Assembly (NCBI GenBank): GCA_030390025.1
Contig: CM059453.1
Coordinates: 7,564,001-7,628,000, forward strand
Length of the DNA: 64,000 nucleotides
From: Squalus acanthias
Taxonomy: Eukaryota
Direction of reading: 5' to 3'
Made by a program: the position numbers and the translations under genes. This document shows, in pieces, positions 12,861 through 23,920 of this stretch. The stretch's first letter is position 1. Every line of letters starts with the position of its first letter. Under the pieces are notes generated by a model. That model made no database searches, was not told the origin of the DNA, and saw only the letters and a program-made list of their open reading frames with translations.

Positions 12861-15175
12861 TGTCATGATGTAGAGATGCCGGCGTTGGACTGGGGTGGAC
12901 AAAAATGAGAAGTCGCACAACACCAGGTTATAGTCCAACAGATTTATTTAATTTTACAAGCTTTCGGAGCTGTTCGCTCCTTCTTCAGGTAGGGTAGCTG
13001 TCAGAGAATCTCCCAGAATTCACAATAGAAACACAGGAAAAACTATTCAAATCTTTCCCTACATCAAAGCCACACTAAGAGCACAGCCAAGAAATGAGAT
13101 GTGTCCCAGGGGGTCCAACGTGTCAAAACACCTGCTGGCTGCATATCCTCTCCATTTGTGTTAGTCTTTTTAAAACAAAACCTGGAAAGACCGGCCATGA
13201 TGTCAAGTCACGTTCTGTATCGTGACATGAACCCGATATCGCGATTGAGGCCATCCTCATGAGTGCGGAACTTGGCTATCAGTTTCTGCTCTATGATTTT
13301 GCACTGTCGTGTATCCCGAAGGCCGCCTTGGAGAACGCTTACCCGCAGATCCGAGGCTGAATGCCCCTGACTGCTGAAGTGTTCCCTGACTGGGAGGCAA
13401 CCCTCCTGCCTGGCGATTGTTGCGCGGTGTCCGTTCATACGTTGTCTCAGTTTCTGCATGGTCTCGCCGATGTACCATGCTCTGGAGCATCCTTTACTGC
13501 AACGTATCAGGTAGACAACGTTGGCCGAGTCACATAAGTATGTACCATGTACCTGGTGGGTAGTGTCCTCACGTGTGATGATGGTATCTGTGTCCATGAT
13601 TTGGCATGTCTTGCAGAGGTTGCCGTGGCAGGGTTGTGTGGTGTCGTGGTTGCTGTTCTCCTGAAAGATGGGTAATCTGCTGCGAACGATGGTACTTTTG
13701 AGGTTAGGCGGCTGATTGAAGGCGAGTAGTGGAGGCGTGGGGATGGCCTTAGCAAGGTGTTCGTCGTCATCGATGACATGTTGAAGGCTGTGAAGAACAT
13801 GGCGTAGTTTTTCCGCTCCGGGGAAGTACTGGACGACGTAGGGTACTCTGTTGGTTGTGTCCCGTGTTCGTCTTCTGAGGAGGTGTATGCGGTTTTTCGC
13901 TGTGGCCCGTCGGAACTGTCGATCGACGAGTCGAGCGTCATATCCCGTTCTTACGAGGCCGTCTTTCAGTGTCCCTAGGTGTCCATCGCTTTCCTCCTCG
14001 TCTGAGCAGATCCTGTGTATTCGCAGGGCTTCTCCATAGGGGATGGCTTCTTTAACGTGGTTAGGGTGGAAGCTGGAGAAGTGGAGCATCGTGAGATTGT
14101 CAGTGGGCTTGCGGTACAGTGAAGTGCTGAGGCGTCCGTCTTTGATGGAGATTCGTGTGTCCAAGAATGAAACCGATTCTGAGGAGTAGTCCATGGTGAG
14201 TTTGATGGTGGGATGGAACCTGTTGATGCTATCGTGTAGTCCTTTCAGTGATCCTTCGCCGTGGGTCCAAAGGAAGAAGATGTCGTCGATGTATCTGGTG
14301 TACAGCGTTGGTTGGAGGTCCTGTGCAGCGAAGAAGTCTTGCTCGAACCTATGCATGAAGATGTTGGCGTATTGGGGTGCGAATTTGGTCCCCATGGCTA
14401 TTCCGTGTGTTTGGGTAAAAAAATGGTTGTCGAAGGTGAAGACATTGTGGTCAATGATGAAGCGGATGAGTTGTAGGATGGCGTCCGGAGATTGGCTGTT
14501 GTTGGTGTTGAGTACTGAGGCTGTCGCAGCGATGCCGTCATTGTGGGGGATATTGGTGTAGAGTGCCGATACGTCCATCGTGACGAGGAGTGTTCCTGGT
14601 TCAACTGGTCCATGGGTGCTGAGTTTCTGCAAGAGGTCTGTAGTGTTGCGACAGAAGCTGGGGGTTCCCTGTACGATGGGTTTCAGGATGCCCTCGACGT
14701 ACCCAGAGAGGTTCTCACACAGGGTTCCGTTGCCTGATACGATAGGACGTCCGGGTGTGTTGGCTTTGTGTATCTTTGGGAGGCAGTAAAAGTCTCCTAC
14801 GCGGGGAGTACGTGGGATGAGAGCGCGTAGGATATTTTGAAGGTCTGGATCGAAGGTCTTGATCAGTCTATTGAGTTGGCGGGTGTGTTCTTTGGTCGGA
14901 TCTGCGGGTAGCTGTCTGTAGTGTTCCTGGCTGTCCAGTTGTCGGTATGCTTCTTTGCAATAGTCCATTCTGTTCTGTATGACGATGGCTCCTCCTTTGT
15001 CCGCTGGTTTGATGACGATGTTGCTGTTGGTCTTGAGAGCGTGGATGGCGTTGCGTTGTGCTCGGGTGACATTCTGGACTGTCTTGTGAGTACGGCTGAT
15101 GAATCTGGCGTTGATGCATTTCCTGACAGCTTGAGCATACATGTCAAGCTTAGGGCTGCGACCCTCCGGAGGGGT
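12861..15175 (-). mobile_element. Penelope-like retroelement, 5'-truncated, unit 1 only
   Basis: Contains RT and GIY-YIG ORF; imperfect TSD catgagaata (12851-12860) / cattagaata (15176-15185); empty site near 52468. Confidence 0.93.
12955..12990 (-). ncRNA. Minimal hammerhead ribozyme motif in the Penelope terminal repeat
   Basis: Minus strand: cCTGAAGAa GGAGC gaaca GCTCC GAAA gcttgt = CUGANGA box, stem II, GAAA box, palindromic AAGCTT. Confidence 0.72.
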
Positions 15176-15178
15176 CAT
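13208..15178 (-). CDS. Penelope RT + GIY-YIG endonuclease ORF (656 aa, N-truncated)
   Basis: IKPADKGG, YCLPKIHK..PGRPIVS, MDVSALYT, GIAMG, RYIDD, YRKPT, NVVY..WYIGET..LRQRMNGH, GLN. Confidence 0.9.
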   Translation of the reverse strand: MTPPEGRSPKLDMYAQAVRKCINARFISRTHKTVQNVTRAQRNAIHALKTNSNIVIKPADKGGAIVIQNRMDYCKEAYRQLDSQEHYRQLPADPTKEHTRQLNRLIKTFDPDLQNILRALIPRTPRVGDFYCLPKIHKANTPGRPIVSGNGTLCENLSGYVEGILKPIVQGTPSFCRNTTDLLQKLSTHGPVEPGTLLVTMDVSALYTNIPHNDGIAATASVLNTNNSQSPDAILQLIRFIIDHNVFTFDNHFFTQTHGIAMGTKFAPQYANIFMHRFEQDFFAAQDLQPTLYTRYIDDIFFLWTHGEGSLKGLHDSINRFHPTIKLTMDYSSESVSFLDTRISIKDGRLSTSLYRKPTDNLTMLHFSSFHPNHVKEAIPYGEALRIHRICSDEEESDGHLGTLKDGLVRTGYDARLVDRQFRRATAKNRIHLLRRRTRDTTNRVPYVVQYFPGAEKLRHVLHSLQHVIDDDEHLAKAIPTPPLLAFNQPPNLKSTIVRSRLPIFQENSNHDTTQPCHGNLCKTCQIMDTDTIITREDTTHQVHGTYLCDSANVVYLIRCSKGCSRAWYIGETMQKLRQRMNGHRATIARQEGCLPVREHFSSQGHSASDLRVSVLQGGLRDTRQCKIIEQKLIAKFRTHEDGLNRDIGFMSRYRT

Positions 15179-15391
15179 TAGAATAGTTTGTCATAAGGGT
15201 AAAAGTTGGAGCTCCATGTCTTCAGCTTGTCTTCCGAGTCTCCTTTCCCTCACGTTCCTATCCTCCTTTCCTCTTTCTTCCCCTCAAAGATGCATTGTTT
15301 GTATTCAAAATAAAACTTTTTTCTTATTCAAGGAATTTGCCTTGCAATATGGATGTTAACCAGACAGACAGCCAATGATAGATAAATAGAT

Positions 15392-15635
15392 NNNNNNNNN
15401 NNNNNNNNNNNNNNNNNNNNNNNNNNNNNNNNNNNNNNNNNNNNNNNNNNNNNNNNNNNNNNNNNNNNNNNNNNNNNNNNNNNNNNNNNNNNNNNNNNNN
15501 NNNNNNNNNNNNNNNNNNNNNNNNNNNNNNNNNNNNNNNNNNNNNNNNNNNNNNNNNNNNNNNNNNNNNNNNNNNNNNNNNNNNNNNNNNNNNNNNNNNN
15601 NNNNNNNNNNNNNNNNNNNNNNNNNNNNNNNNNNN
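15392..15635. other. Assembly gap (244 N)
   Basis: N run preceded by GATA-like repeats. Confidence 0.99.
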
Positions 15636-16217
15636 ATATATCATCAAATATACACCGGCACAAAAGTGAAGCTGTGGATTCCGTCTTAATTTGGTTAATA
15701 TTAATGGACAGTCGAATTACAACGGCCGAGCTAATTTTAATAATCTACAACGATGTCTTTTCAATGTGCTGTTCAGAATTCGTACGCTATTCTGACACAG
15801 TGACATCTCAACACTACTTTCTCCGTTGTACCGATCTCAGATTGCCATTTTAAGTTGTGTATGTGTTTAACATTCGTAAATTATTATCACACAGTATTAA
15901 TCTGAGGCTAGTAAATTATTCATGCACAACTATCACACCGTGCCATTTAACATCAGGCATGTATTTGTACATGGTCAAACAATATAATTTAAAGTCTGAA
16001 AATTTTCCATTTCTTATCATGCAAACGAAACTCAGTTAACCAAAGAGAAGAATTACATCTATGTCCCGTGAATTAAACTTTGAGCTCATCGATTCTCATT
16101 TTGACGATGCATGAATCCCTGGACTGCTGCATATTGGAAATGCAGAACCAGCAATAAACTAATGCGGATATTGTCGATTATTATTAATGTCTTCATTCAG
16201 GAAAAGACTGGATCTAA

Positions 16218-16925
16218 TGGGCAATAATTGCGCTTGGAGCTGTGCCTCCAGAGAACGCCTCCGACGTGTGAAATAATTATGACCCTATCTGGTGGCGGTG
16301 AGGCTGCGAAAACCTGCAGTCTCAGGATTCGAGGCGGAGGGCAGTGCAATGCCCTAAAGTTACCAGGGACGCAGGCGGTGCGGACGTTTACCAGGGCTCA
16401 CGTGGGCCTGATCCTCCAATCTTAAAGCAGAATTCGATTTTAATCATTTCCGAATGGAATCTCGTCATGAGATGTAATAGAATCCCGAAATCTAATTTAA
16501 TTACAATTTACAGAATTGGAATTTAGTTCGTAATTTGCATCATTCCAGCAACCTCACTTAAAATGTAATTTTTGATAATTTTCAACATCTTTAAAACTTT
16601 AATCTGGCCAATATTTGCGGAAACTCACTTCATACAGTGTATGTGTATAACTTACGATGATAAAATGTTCCAATCATGCCTGAAAAATCCCCTTACGCAG
16701 ATGTAAACATATCCTTCGCCTGTTCGCATCAACCGTAAAATTTCCGTGTGCAATTTCTGGCCAGCAATTGCTTTCTCTTGGTCCGCGCGGCTGACCTCTC
16801 AACACATACGCTGACAGACCGCAAGTTCCAGAAAGCGCATGCAGAAATCCTGAACTAGCGGTGGATTTCAAAGGAGAATTGTACCGTACTCTACGCCGCC
16901 ATACCGACTACAAAAACCGTTCCAA
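16218..16925. mobile_element. Degenerate MITE-like element of the same group (counterpart ~55217-55928)
   Basis: Arm motif cacgtgggcctgatcctccaatc shared with ~11110; AT-rich core. Confidence 0.5.
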
Positions 16926-17439
16926 TATAGAATATTGTGGCTAAAGGGAACTGGGAATGCAAAGTGAGATAACGAATTTCTTCATCGCCTAACTTCAACA
17001 ATTGGCAACTAACTCAGTGAAATGCGATGGGATCTCTTTTTTTTGTTCGAAATAAGAGTTTGTAATGGAGAGTTTGAGCAGTGCCATGGATAGGGAATGG
17101 TACAAATTTCAAAACGGGTATTCTTTAATTCTTCCTTAAACGGACAATAATTCATAGGGAGGCTTCAAAGGCATTAAACTACTTAAACGTCAAACCTGTG
17201 CAGGAGAGCTGTTGAACTGCGACTGTTGAAAGCGTAACTGAGACAAGAGATGCACCGTGTGATGTGTGCAATGACACCAGCAGTGGTTCCTGAAATTTAT
17301 CTAAAATTTGTATTCCCATTGAAATCGAAAAGATTTGAAGTCATACCGCATACCAGCCAAACGTATTCGCTAATGAATCCAATCTAGCAGTTTGCATTGT
17401 TTAAAAATAGGAAAAATGACAGCTAAATGTAGCTCATAG

Positions 17440-19450
17440 GCTGAAATCTAACGAAGAGGTTCGAATAGCTTAGGTGCACATTAACACATACCCAACAATA
17501 ACTTCGCGATTGGATTTTGATGTATTGTTTTGGGTGGTTTATATGTAGAATAACGGATACCCGGGAGTGCATTATAGGCTGGAATCTAAACGATGGGTTC
17601 TGGGTTGTTATATATAGATTAACAGATACCTGGGAGTGAGTTATAGGCTGTAATCTAAACGAGGAGTTCGGGGCGGGGGGAGGGTTTATATATAGAGTAA
17701 CAGATAACTGGGAGTGAATTACAGGCCGGAATATAATCGAGGGGTTTCAGTGTGTTTTGTATATAGAATAACAGATACCTGGGAGTGAGTTACAGGCTGG
17801 AATCAAATCGAGCGGTTCGGGGGAGGCCTTATATAAGAACATAATATCATAAGAAATAGGAGCAGGAGTAGGCCAATTGGCCCCTCGAGCCTGCTCCGCC
17901 ATTCAATAAGATCATGGCTGATCTGACCCTAACCGCCAATCTACTATCACAGAACCATCTCCTGAACCTAACAGAATTGGACACACGAAATCGGAGCAGG
18001 ATCAGGCTACACGGCCCCTGGGCCCGCTGCGCTACCCACAGGGCCATGACCAATCCGAACCTAGACTCATGTCCAAATTCCTGCCCGCTCCCCGTAACCT
18101 TTAATTCCCTTTACTTCTAGGAAACTGTCTATTTCTGTTTTAAATTGATGTAATGATGTAGCTTCTACAGCTTTTTGCGGCAGCGTATTCCATGGACCCA
18201 CCACCCTCTGAGTGAAGTAGTTCCTTCTCATCTTAGTTTTGAAAGAGCAGCCCCTTATTCTAAGTTATGCCCCCTAGTTCTAATTTCACCCATCATCGGG
18301 AACATCCTCCCCGCATCCACCCGGTCCAACCCCTGCACAATCTTATATGATTCAATAAGATCGTCTCTCATTCTTCTGAACTCCAATGGGTAGAGCCCCA
18401 ATCTAACCAACCTCTCCTCATATGTCCATCCCCTGAGTGAATCTTTTTTGTACTGACTCGAGAGCAAGTATGTCTTTTCTTAAGTATGGACACCAAAACT
18501 GTATGCAGTATTCCAGGTGCGGTCTCACCAATACCTTGTACAACTGAAGCAATACCTCCCTATTTTTATATTCTATCCCCCTAGCAATGAAAGCCAACAT
18601 CCATTGGCCTTCTTAATCACTTGCTGCACCTGTATACTAACCTTTTGAGTTTCGTGAACCAGGACCCCCAATTCCCTTTGCACTTCAGTACTTTCCAATT
18701 TCTTGCCATTAAGATAATAACTTGCTCTACTATTTTGACTGCCACAGTGCATAACCTCACACTTTCCAGTATTGTATTCTATCTGCCAAATCTCTGCCCA
18801 CTTATTAAGCCGGTCTATGTCCCCTTGCAGATTTTTTATGTCCTCCTCACACAATACTTTCCCTCCCATCTTAGTATCATCTGCAATCTTTGATATGTTA
18901 CACTCGGTCCCCTCCTCCAAATCGTTAATATAGATTGTAAACAGTTGGGGACCCAGCACTGAACCCTGTGGAACACCACTAGTTACTGATTGCCAGTCTG
19001 AGAATGAACCATTTATCCCAACTCTCTGCCTTCTGATAGAAAGCCAATCCTCTATCCATGCCAGAATATTACCCCCAAACCCGTGATTTTTTTTATCTTA
19101 AGCAATAATATATGGAATAACAGATAACTGCGAGAGAGTTACAGGCTGAGATCTAATCGAGGGGTTTCATTTTGGTTTGTATATGGAATAACAGATACCC
19201 GGGAGTAAGTTACAGGCTGGAATCTAATCGAGGGGTTCGGGGGAGTGTTTATATATAAAATAACCGATAGTGGGGAATGAGTTACAGACTGGAATATAAT
19301 GGAGGTGTTCTGGTGGTGTATATACAGAATAACAGAAACCCGGGAGGGAGTTACAGGGTGGAATCTAATCGAGGAGTCGGGGTGTATATATAGAATAACG
19401 GATACTCGGTGAGTCAGTCACAGGCTGGAATCTAATCGAGGGGTTCGGAT
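17440..19450 (+). repeat. ~60-bp satellite (atatagaataacagatacccgggagtgagttacaggctggaatctaatcgaggggttcg) split by a CR1
   Basis: Units at ~17440-17835 and ~19110-19450; only about 2 units at 56425-56590. Confidence 0.88.
17836..19105 (-). mobile_element. CR1 LINE 3' fragment, unit 1 only
   Basis: LGPQLFTIYINDLEEG..ADDTK, LVRPHLEYC; tail aagaacataatatcataagaa. Confidence 0.92.
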
Positions 19451-20614
19451 TAATTATGTCCTAATTGCCTCGCTGGTTTATATCAGAGCTAACAAATGCG
19501 TTCTGAGTGTGTAGACTGCTCCAGGTGTAAGCTGGTCCCATGCTTCAATCGCAGATCTGTGCAAGGTTGCCACACTATTAATGGCATCGACGCTAAATGG
19601 ATTGAAACACACAGTGATCTAATTCCTGATCGCTTTCGAGTGATCCCTTCGCACCAGGTCACCGGGCCCGCATCTTGGTTGCGTAAACCAAGGGTCAGGC
19701 ATTACTGTGAGCACGGAGCCCACTGGCAGCCAGAGCGCTTGAGTTAATAATGTTCACTGGATCCAAGAGAACAATTGAAAGTACGCTCGTTGTTCTTGCT
19801 TGCAGTATTTGCCCCACTATTCTCCACTTCCAACTTGAACGCTTGCTGGAGTTCGATTTCTCCAATCTCTCGCTTAAACTGCTTTTTTGCAGATCCCTCC
19901 CTTCACTACGAGGTTTGTCCCGAGCCCAATACCCCGGAGTCTGCTTCTGTCCTCATATGATATCGAAAAGGCTACTTGCAGCACGGTTCACTGAAAAGCG
20001 ATAAATACTATGGAAGAAATTCCCCTCTCTAACCCAGGGCTGCGAGTCCATTTGGATTCCCTCAGCCAAGATTGATCAATGAGCGACGTGATTACTTTCG
20101 GAACTGCATTGCTCAACTGCATCGGTTAAAGCCACTGAGAGCAATTGTGCTATGCAACGCACTGCCACCCCCCGGATAACTTGAAGCTGATTCTTTACCT
20201 AAGGAGGAAGCGTCCGCGGACGAAGCAATGGGGAGGAACGGGAAACCGTGCACTCTGGTCTCCATAATGCTAAATTTCCGAGTGTCCAACTGATAGATAC
20301 AGTGCAAGGGAAATCTGACGAACACTTCACAGCCTTCTCAACAGATTAGACATATTAAACACGCAATACACTGATGGAAGGTTTGGACCAATCGGTGCAG
20401 TGCAGACCCATGTTGCCGCATGTGAACACAAAAAAAATCAAGCTGCTGCCTTTGTGTTGACTATTGCCTGTTATTGAATCACACTGAGCTGCTTCCAGCC
20501 ACATAATGCAATGTATTAATAAACTATTAAACGGGAGAGCCAACTGGGTTATTAAAGCGCTTTCACTGACAGGATGATTCGTAAACATTTTTTGGGGCAA
20601 TTTGCAGGTCCACA

Positions 20615-20995
20615 TAGTGGTTGTGTTACTGGAGTAGTAAACCAGAGGCCTGGACTAATGATCCGGAGAAATGAGTTGAAATCCACCACGGCAGCTGTGG
20701 GAAATTAAATTCAGTTAATTAAATAAATCTGGAATAGAAAGCTAGTATCAGTAATGCTGACCATGAAACTACCAGATTGTCGGAAAAACCCAACTCGTTT
20801 ACTAATGTCTTTTAGGGAAGAAATCTGCCGTCCTTACCCGGTCTGGCCTACATGTAACTCCCGAACCACAGCAATGTCGTTAACTCCTAACTGCACTCTG
20901 AAATGGCAGAGCAAGCCAGTCAGTTAAGGGCAATTAGGGATAGGCAATACATGCTGGCCTTGACAGCGACGCCCACATCCCGTGAAGGAATAAAC
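20615..20995 (+). mobile_element. SINE with a LINE-derived 3' tail (counterpart ~58690-59070)
   Basis: tRNA-like head with A/B-box remnants; tail gggataggcaatacatgctggccttgacagcgacgcccacatccc matches the LINE 3' end at 8275-8325(-). Confidence 0.75.
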
Positions 20996-22109
20996 AAAAA
21001 TATTGTACCTGTTCAAGAAGGCAGCTCAGCACCACCTTCTCAAGGGAAACTAGGGGCGGGCAGTAAATTGGGCCTTTGCCAACGTCGACTACAGCTGAGA
21101 GCTATTTTAAAAGGCCCCTGCATTTTCCCAGTGCTAATTTTCCAATGTTTCCCCCTTCTGAACATCTTGATTCTTCTTGAAATATGATTCCCGCCGATAG
21201 CTCTTAAATGATCAGATCTCAGCTTTCAATCCTCAAAGCGAGTGGCAGGGGGATTTCAAACGGGAGCGGGAGCCCTGACTGACATTTAAGTGCTGAGCCC
21301 AGTTGTGCTAGACTGCGGACAGACTAATTGCTGAATTGATCCTTGGTTTATCAGATGGTTGGACAATCTAAAATCGCAATTTAAATTGCAGTTTGTTGTA
21401 ATTTCTCTGATTTCACCTGGAACCCGAGCTCTTGCTTGTTCCATGTTCTGTCTGGATGAAGGCTTCGCAATCCAACAGCGCCACAGAATGGCAGGCCGAC
21501 AGCATTACAAAGGCGATCTGTCACTGTATCATCAGATACATCTGTCAATGTATCATCCAACAGGGGCCGAAATCCCGCATCTTGCGCAGACAAACTGCTC
21601 GTTTACCTCACCCTCCCCAACATAGACTGTTGAAGTATGTAAGGTGCGTTGACTGAAGCAGATGTGGCTGGAGAAAGTGCTCCGCTTGATGCGATACACT
21701 TGCTTCCTTTGTCCAGTAGATGGTGTGCGCTGTGAACTGGTCGCTTTGCGCACATCCAGTCGATGGAAGGAACAGCGCCAAAGGCCATTTGAACCACTTT
21801 GCAGAGAAAGCAAAGGAAGCTTCATTTAGCTGAGTGGAATCTTAACCGGAAAACGTAGTGAAGCTTGTAAAGTTCCTGTTGGAATGCCTGTTCCTATTAG
21901 CAATACATCCCGTGTGTATTAGGTTGAATTATATTAAAGGGTGGCGATTTACCAAGGTGACTCTTTGCTTCACTTCATGCTTATTATCTGGTTGCCGTTT
22001 GAACACAGTCATTTTATGGCAATCAGCATGCTTTTTTAATTTAACTGGGACTTTGGAATGTGTTACACTGTGCCGGCAAATAAGTTATTGTAAAAAAAAT
22101 ACAAAAGCA

Positions 22110-22650
22110 ATTGATTGCGGATCCTGGAAATCTGAAATGAAAAGAGAAAATGCTTGAAATACTCAACAGCTCAGGCAGCATCCGTGGAGAGAGAAACAGA
22201 ATTAACGTTAAAGGTCCTTGAATTTTCATGAGAACTGGAAGAGGTTAGAGAAAAAACAGGTTTTAAGCAAGTGCAGAGGCAGGGAAAGGGGGAGGGGAGG
22301 AAAGAACAAAAGGGAAGGTCTGTGATAGGGTGGAAGGCAGTAGAGATTAAATGACAAAAAGATGATGGTACGAGGTGAAAGTATATGGTATGGGACAAGT
22401 AAAGAAACAAAAGATGGATTTAGAGGAGATGTAAATGGGAATAGCAGAATCATCAGCAACAGCTTCCGTCCGAAAAAATGCGGGCAGAGGTTATGAACTG
22501 AAATTGTAGAACTCAATGTTGAGTCCGATGGGCTGTAAAGTGCCTCATCGAAAGATGAGGTGCTGTTCCTCGAGCTTCCATTGAGCTTCATTGGAACAGT
22601 GTAGGAGGCGGAGGACAGAGAGATCAGAGTGGGAATGGGGAGCTGAATTG
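22110..22650 (-). mobile_element. Old Penelope-like 3' fragment of a second family (truncated counterpart ~60250-60465)
   Basis: Minus strand reads LLHCSNEAQWKLEEQHLIFR*GTLQPIGLNIEFYNF, a GIY-YIG C-terminus. Confidence 0.7.
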
Positions 22651-23169
22651 AAGTTTATTTCTTACATTACAAACCGGTAGGGAATGCAGTGAGAGTAATC
22701 CAGAGAACAAGAGTTCAAATCCAAACATGGCAGTTTCAGAATGTGAATGCAGGTTTTACAAATCTGCACGTAAAAAAGCTGGAATCTCAAAGAGTGAACT
22801 TGTAGCTGGTGAATGCCACTCAGTCGAATCAAACTAAGTGCGGCATGAATGAGAATGAAATACATTCTTTGCCATCGTCTGTCTAGGTAGCGTGTCGAAA
22901 AATATTCTAATCATGAAGTTCAAGTTGAATTCATCGCAGACCCGCCTCTTTATAATTCCAAACTTTCAGAAGGATACCGATGGAATCAGAATAAATATTT
23001 ATGAAAGTTTAGCTGCGGCAGTGAAGGAAACTGGTGGAAGTTGACAGGAAGGTGAAGGTTTATTACACTGGGCTGGGAGAGTGTGCAAATCTAACCCCAC
23101 AACCGACAGAGAGAGTCAACGCTATCCGGCAGGGCTATTTAACAACATAACAGGGAGGGGTTTTGCTCC

Positions 23170-23920
23170 AGCCACTTGAGCACAAAAATCTAGGCTGACA
23201 CTCCAGTGCAGTACTGTGGGAGCGCTGCACTGTCGGAGGGACAGTACTGAGGGATCGCCGCACTGTCAGTAGGGGCAGTACTGTGGGAGCGCTACTCTGT
23301 CGGAGGGGTAGTACTGAAGGAGCGCCGCACTGTTGGAGGGGCAGAACTGAGGAAGCGCCGCACTATTAGAGGGACATTAATGGGGGAGCGCTGCATTGTT
23401 GGAGGTGCAGTTCTGAGGGAGCGCTGCAATATCAGCGTGGCAGTCCTGAGGGAGCGTGGCATTGTCGGAGCACTGTACTGAGGGAGCGCTACACTATTGG
23501 AGGGTCAGTACTGAGGGCGTGCTGCATTGTCGCAGGGACCATACTGAGTGAGCGCCGCGCTGTCGGAGCGGCAGTACTGAGGGAGCGCTGCACTGTCGGA
23601 GGGGCAGTACTGAGGGAGTGCTGCACTGTCGGAGGTGTCGTCTTTCGGATGAGATGTTAAAGCAACGCCCCGTCTGCCCTCACAGGTGGAAGTAAAAGAT
23701 CCCATTGCCACTATTTCGACGAAGAGCAGGGGAATTATCCCCGGTGTCATGCAACAATATTTATCCCTCAATCAACATGACAAAAACAGATGATCTGGTC
23801 ATTATCAAATTGCTGTTTTGGGAGCTTGCTGTGCGCAACTTCGCTGCCACGTTTCCTAAATTAAAACAGTGACCACACTTCAAAAGTACTTCATTGGTTG
23901 TAAAGCACTTTGGGACGGCA
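23170..23920 (+). mobile_element. Deu-type SINE with an internal ~30-bp tandem expansion (23205-23635)
   Basis: gtctttcggatgagatgttaaa..aaagatcccattgccactatt..gtaaagcactttgggacg; repeat unit cagtactgagggagcgctgcactgtcggagg. Confidence 0.8.

Noticed and set aside
17040-17400. Non-repetitive-looking blocks (also 19800-20350; counterparts 56050-56390, 57870-58430) as exons
   Set aside because: The frames I translated contain stops and no recognisable motif; left unassigned.
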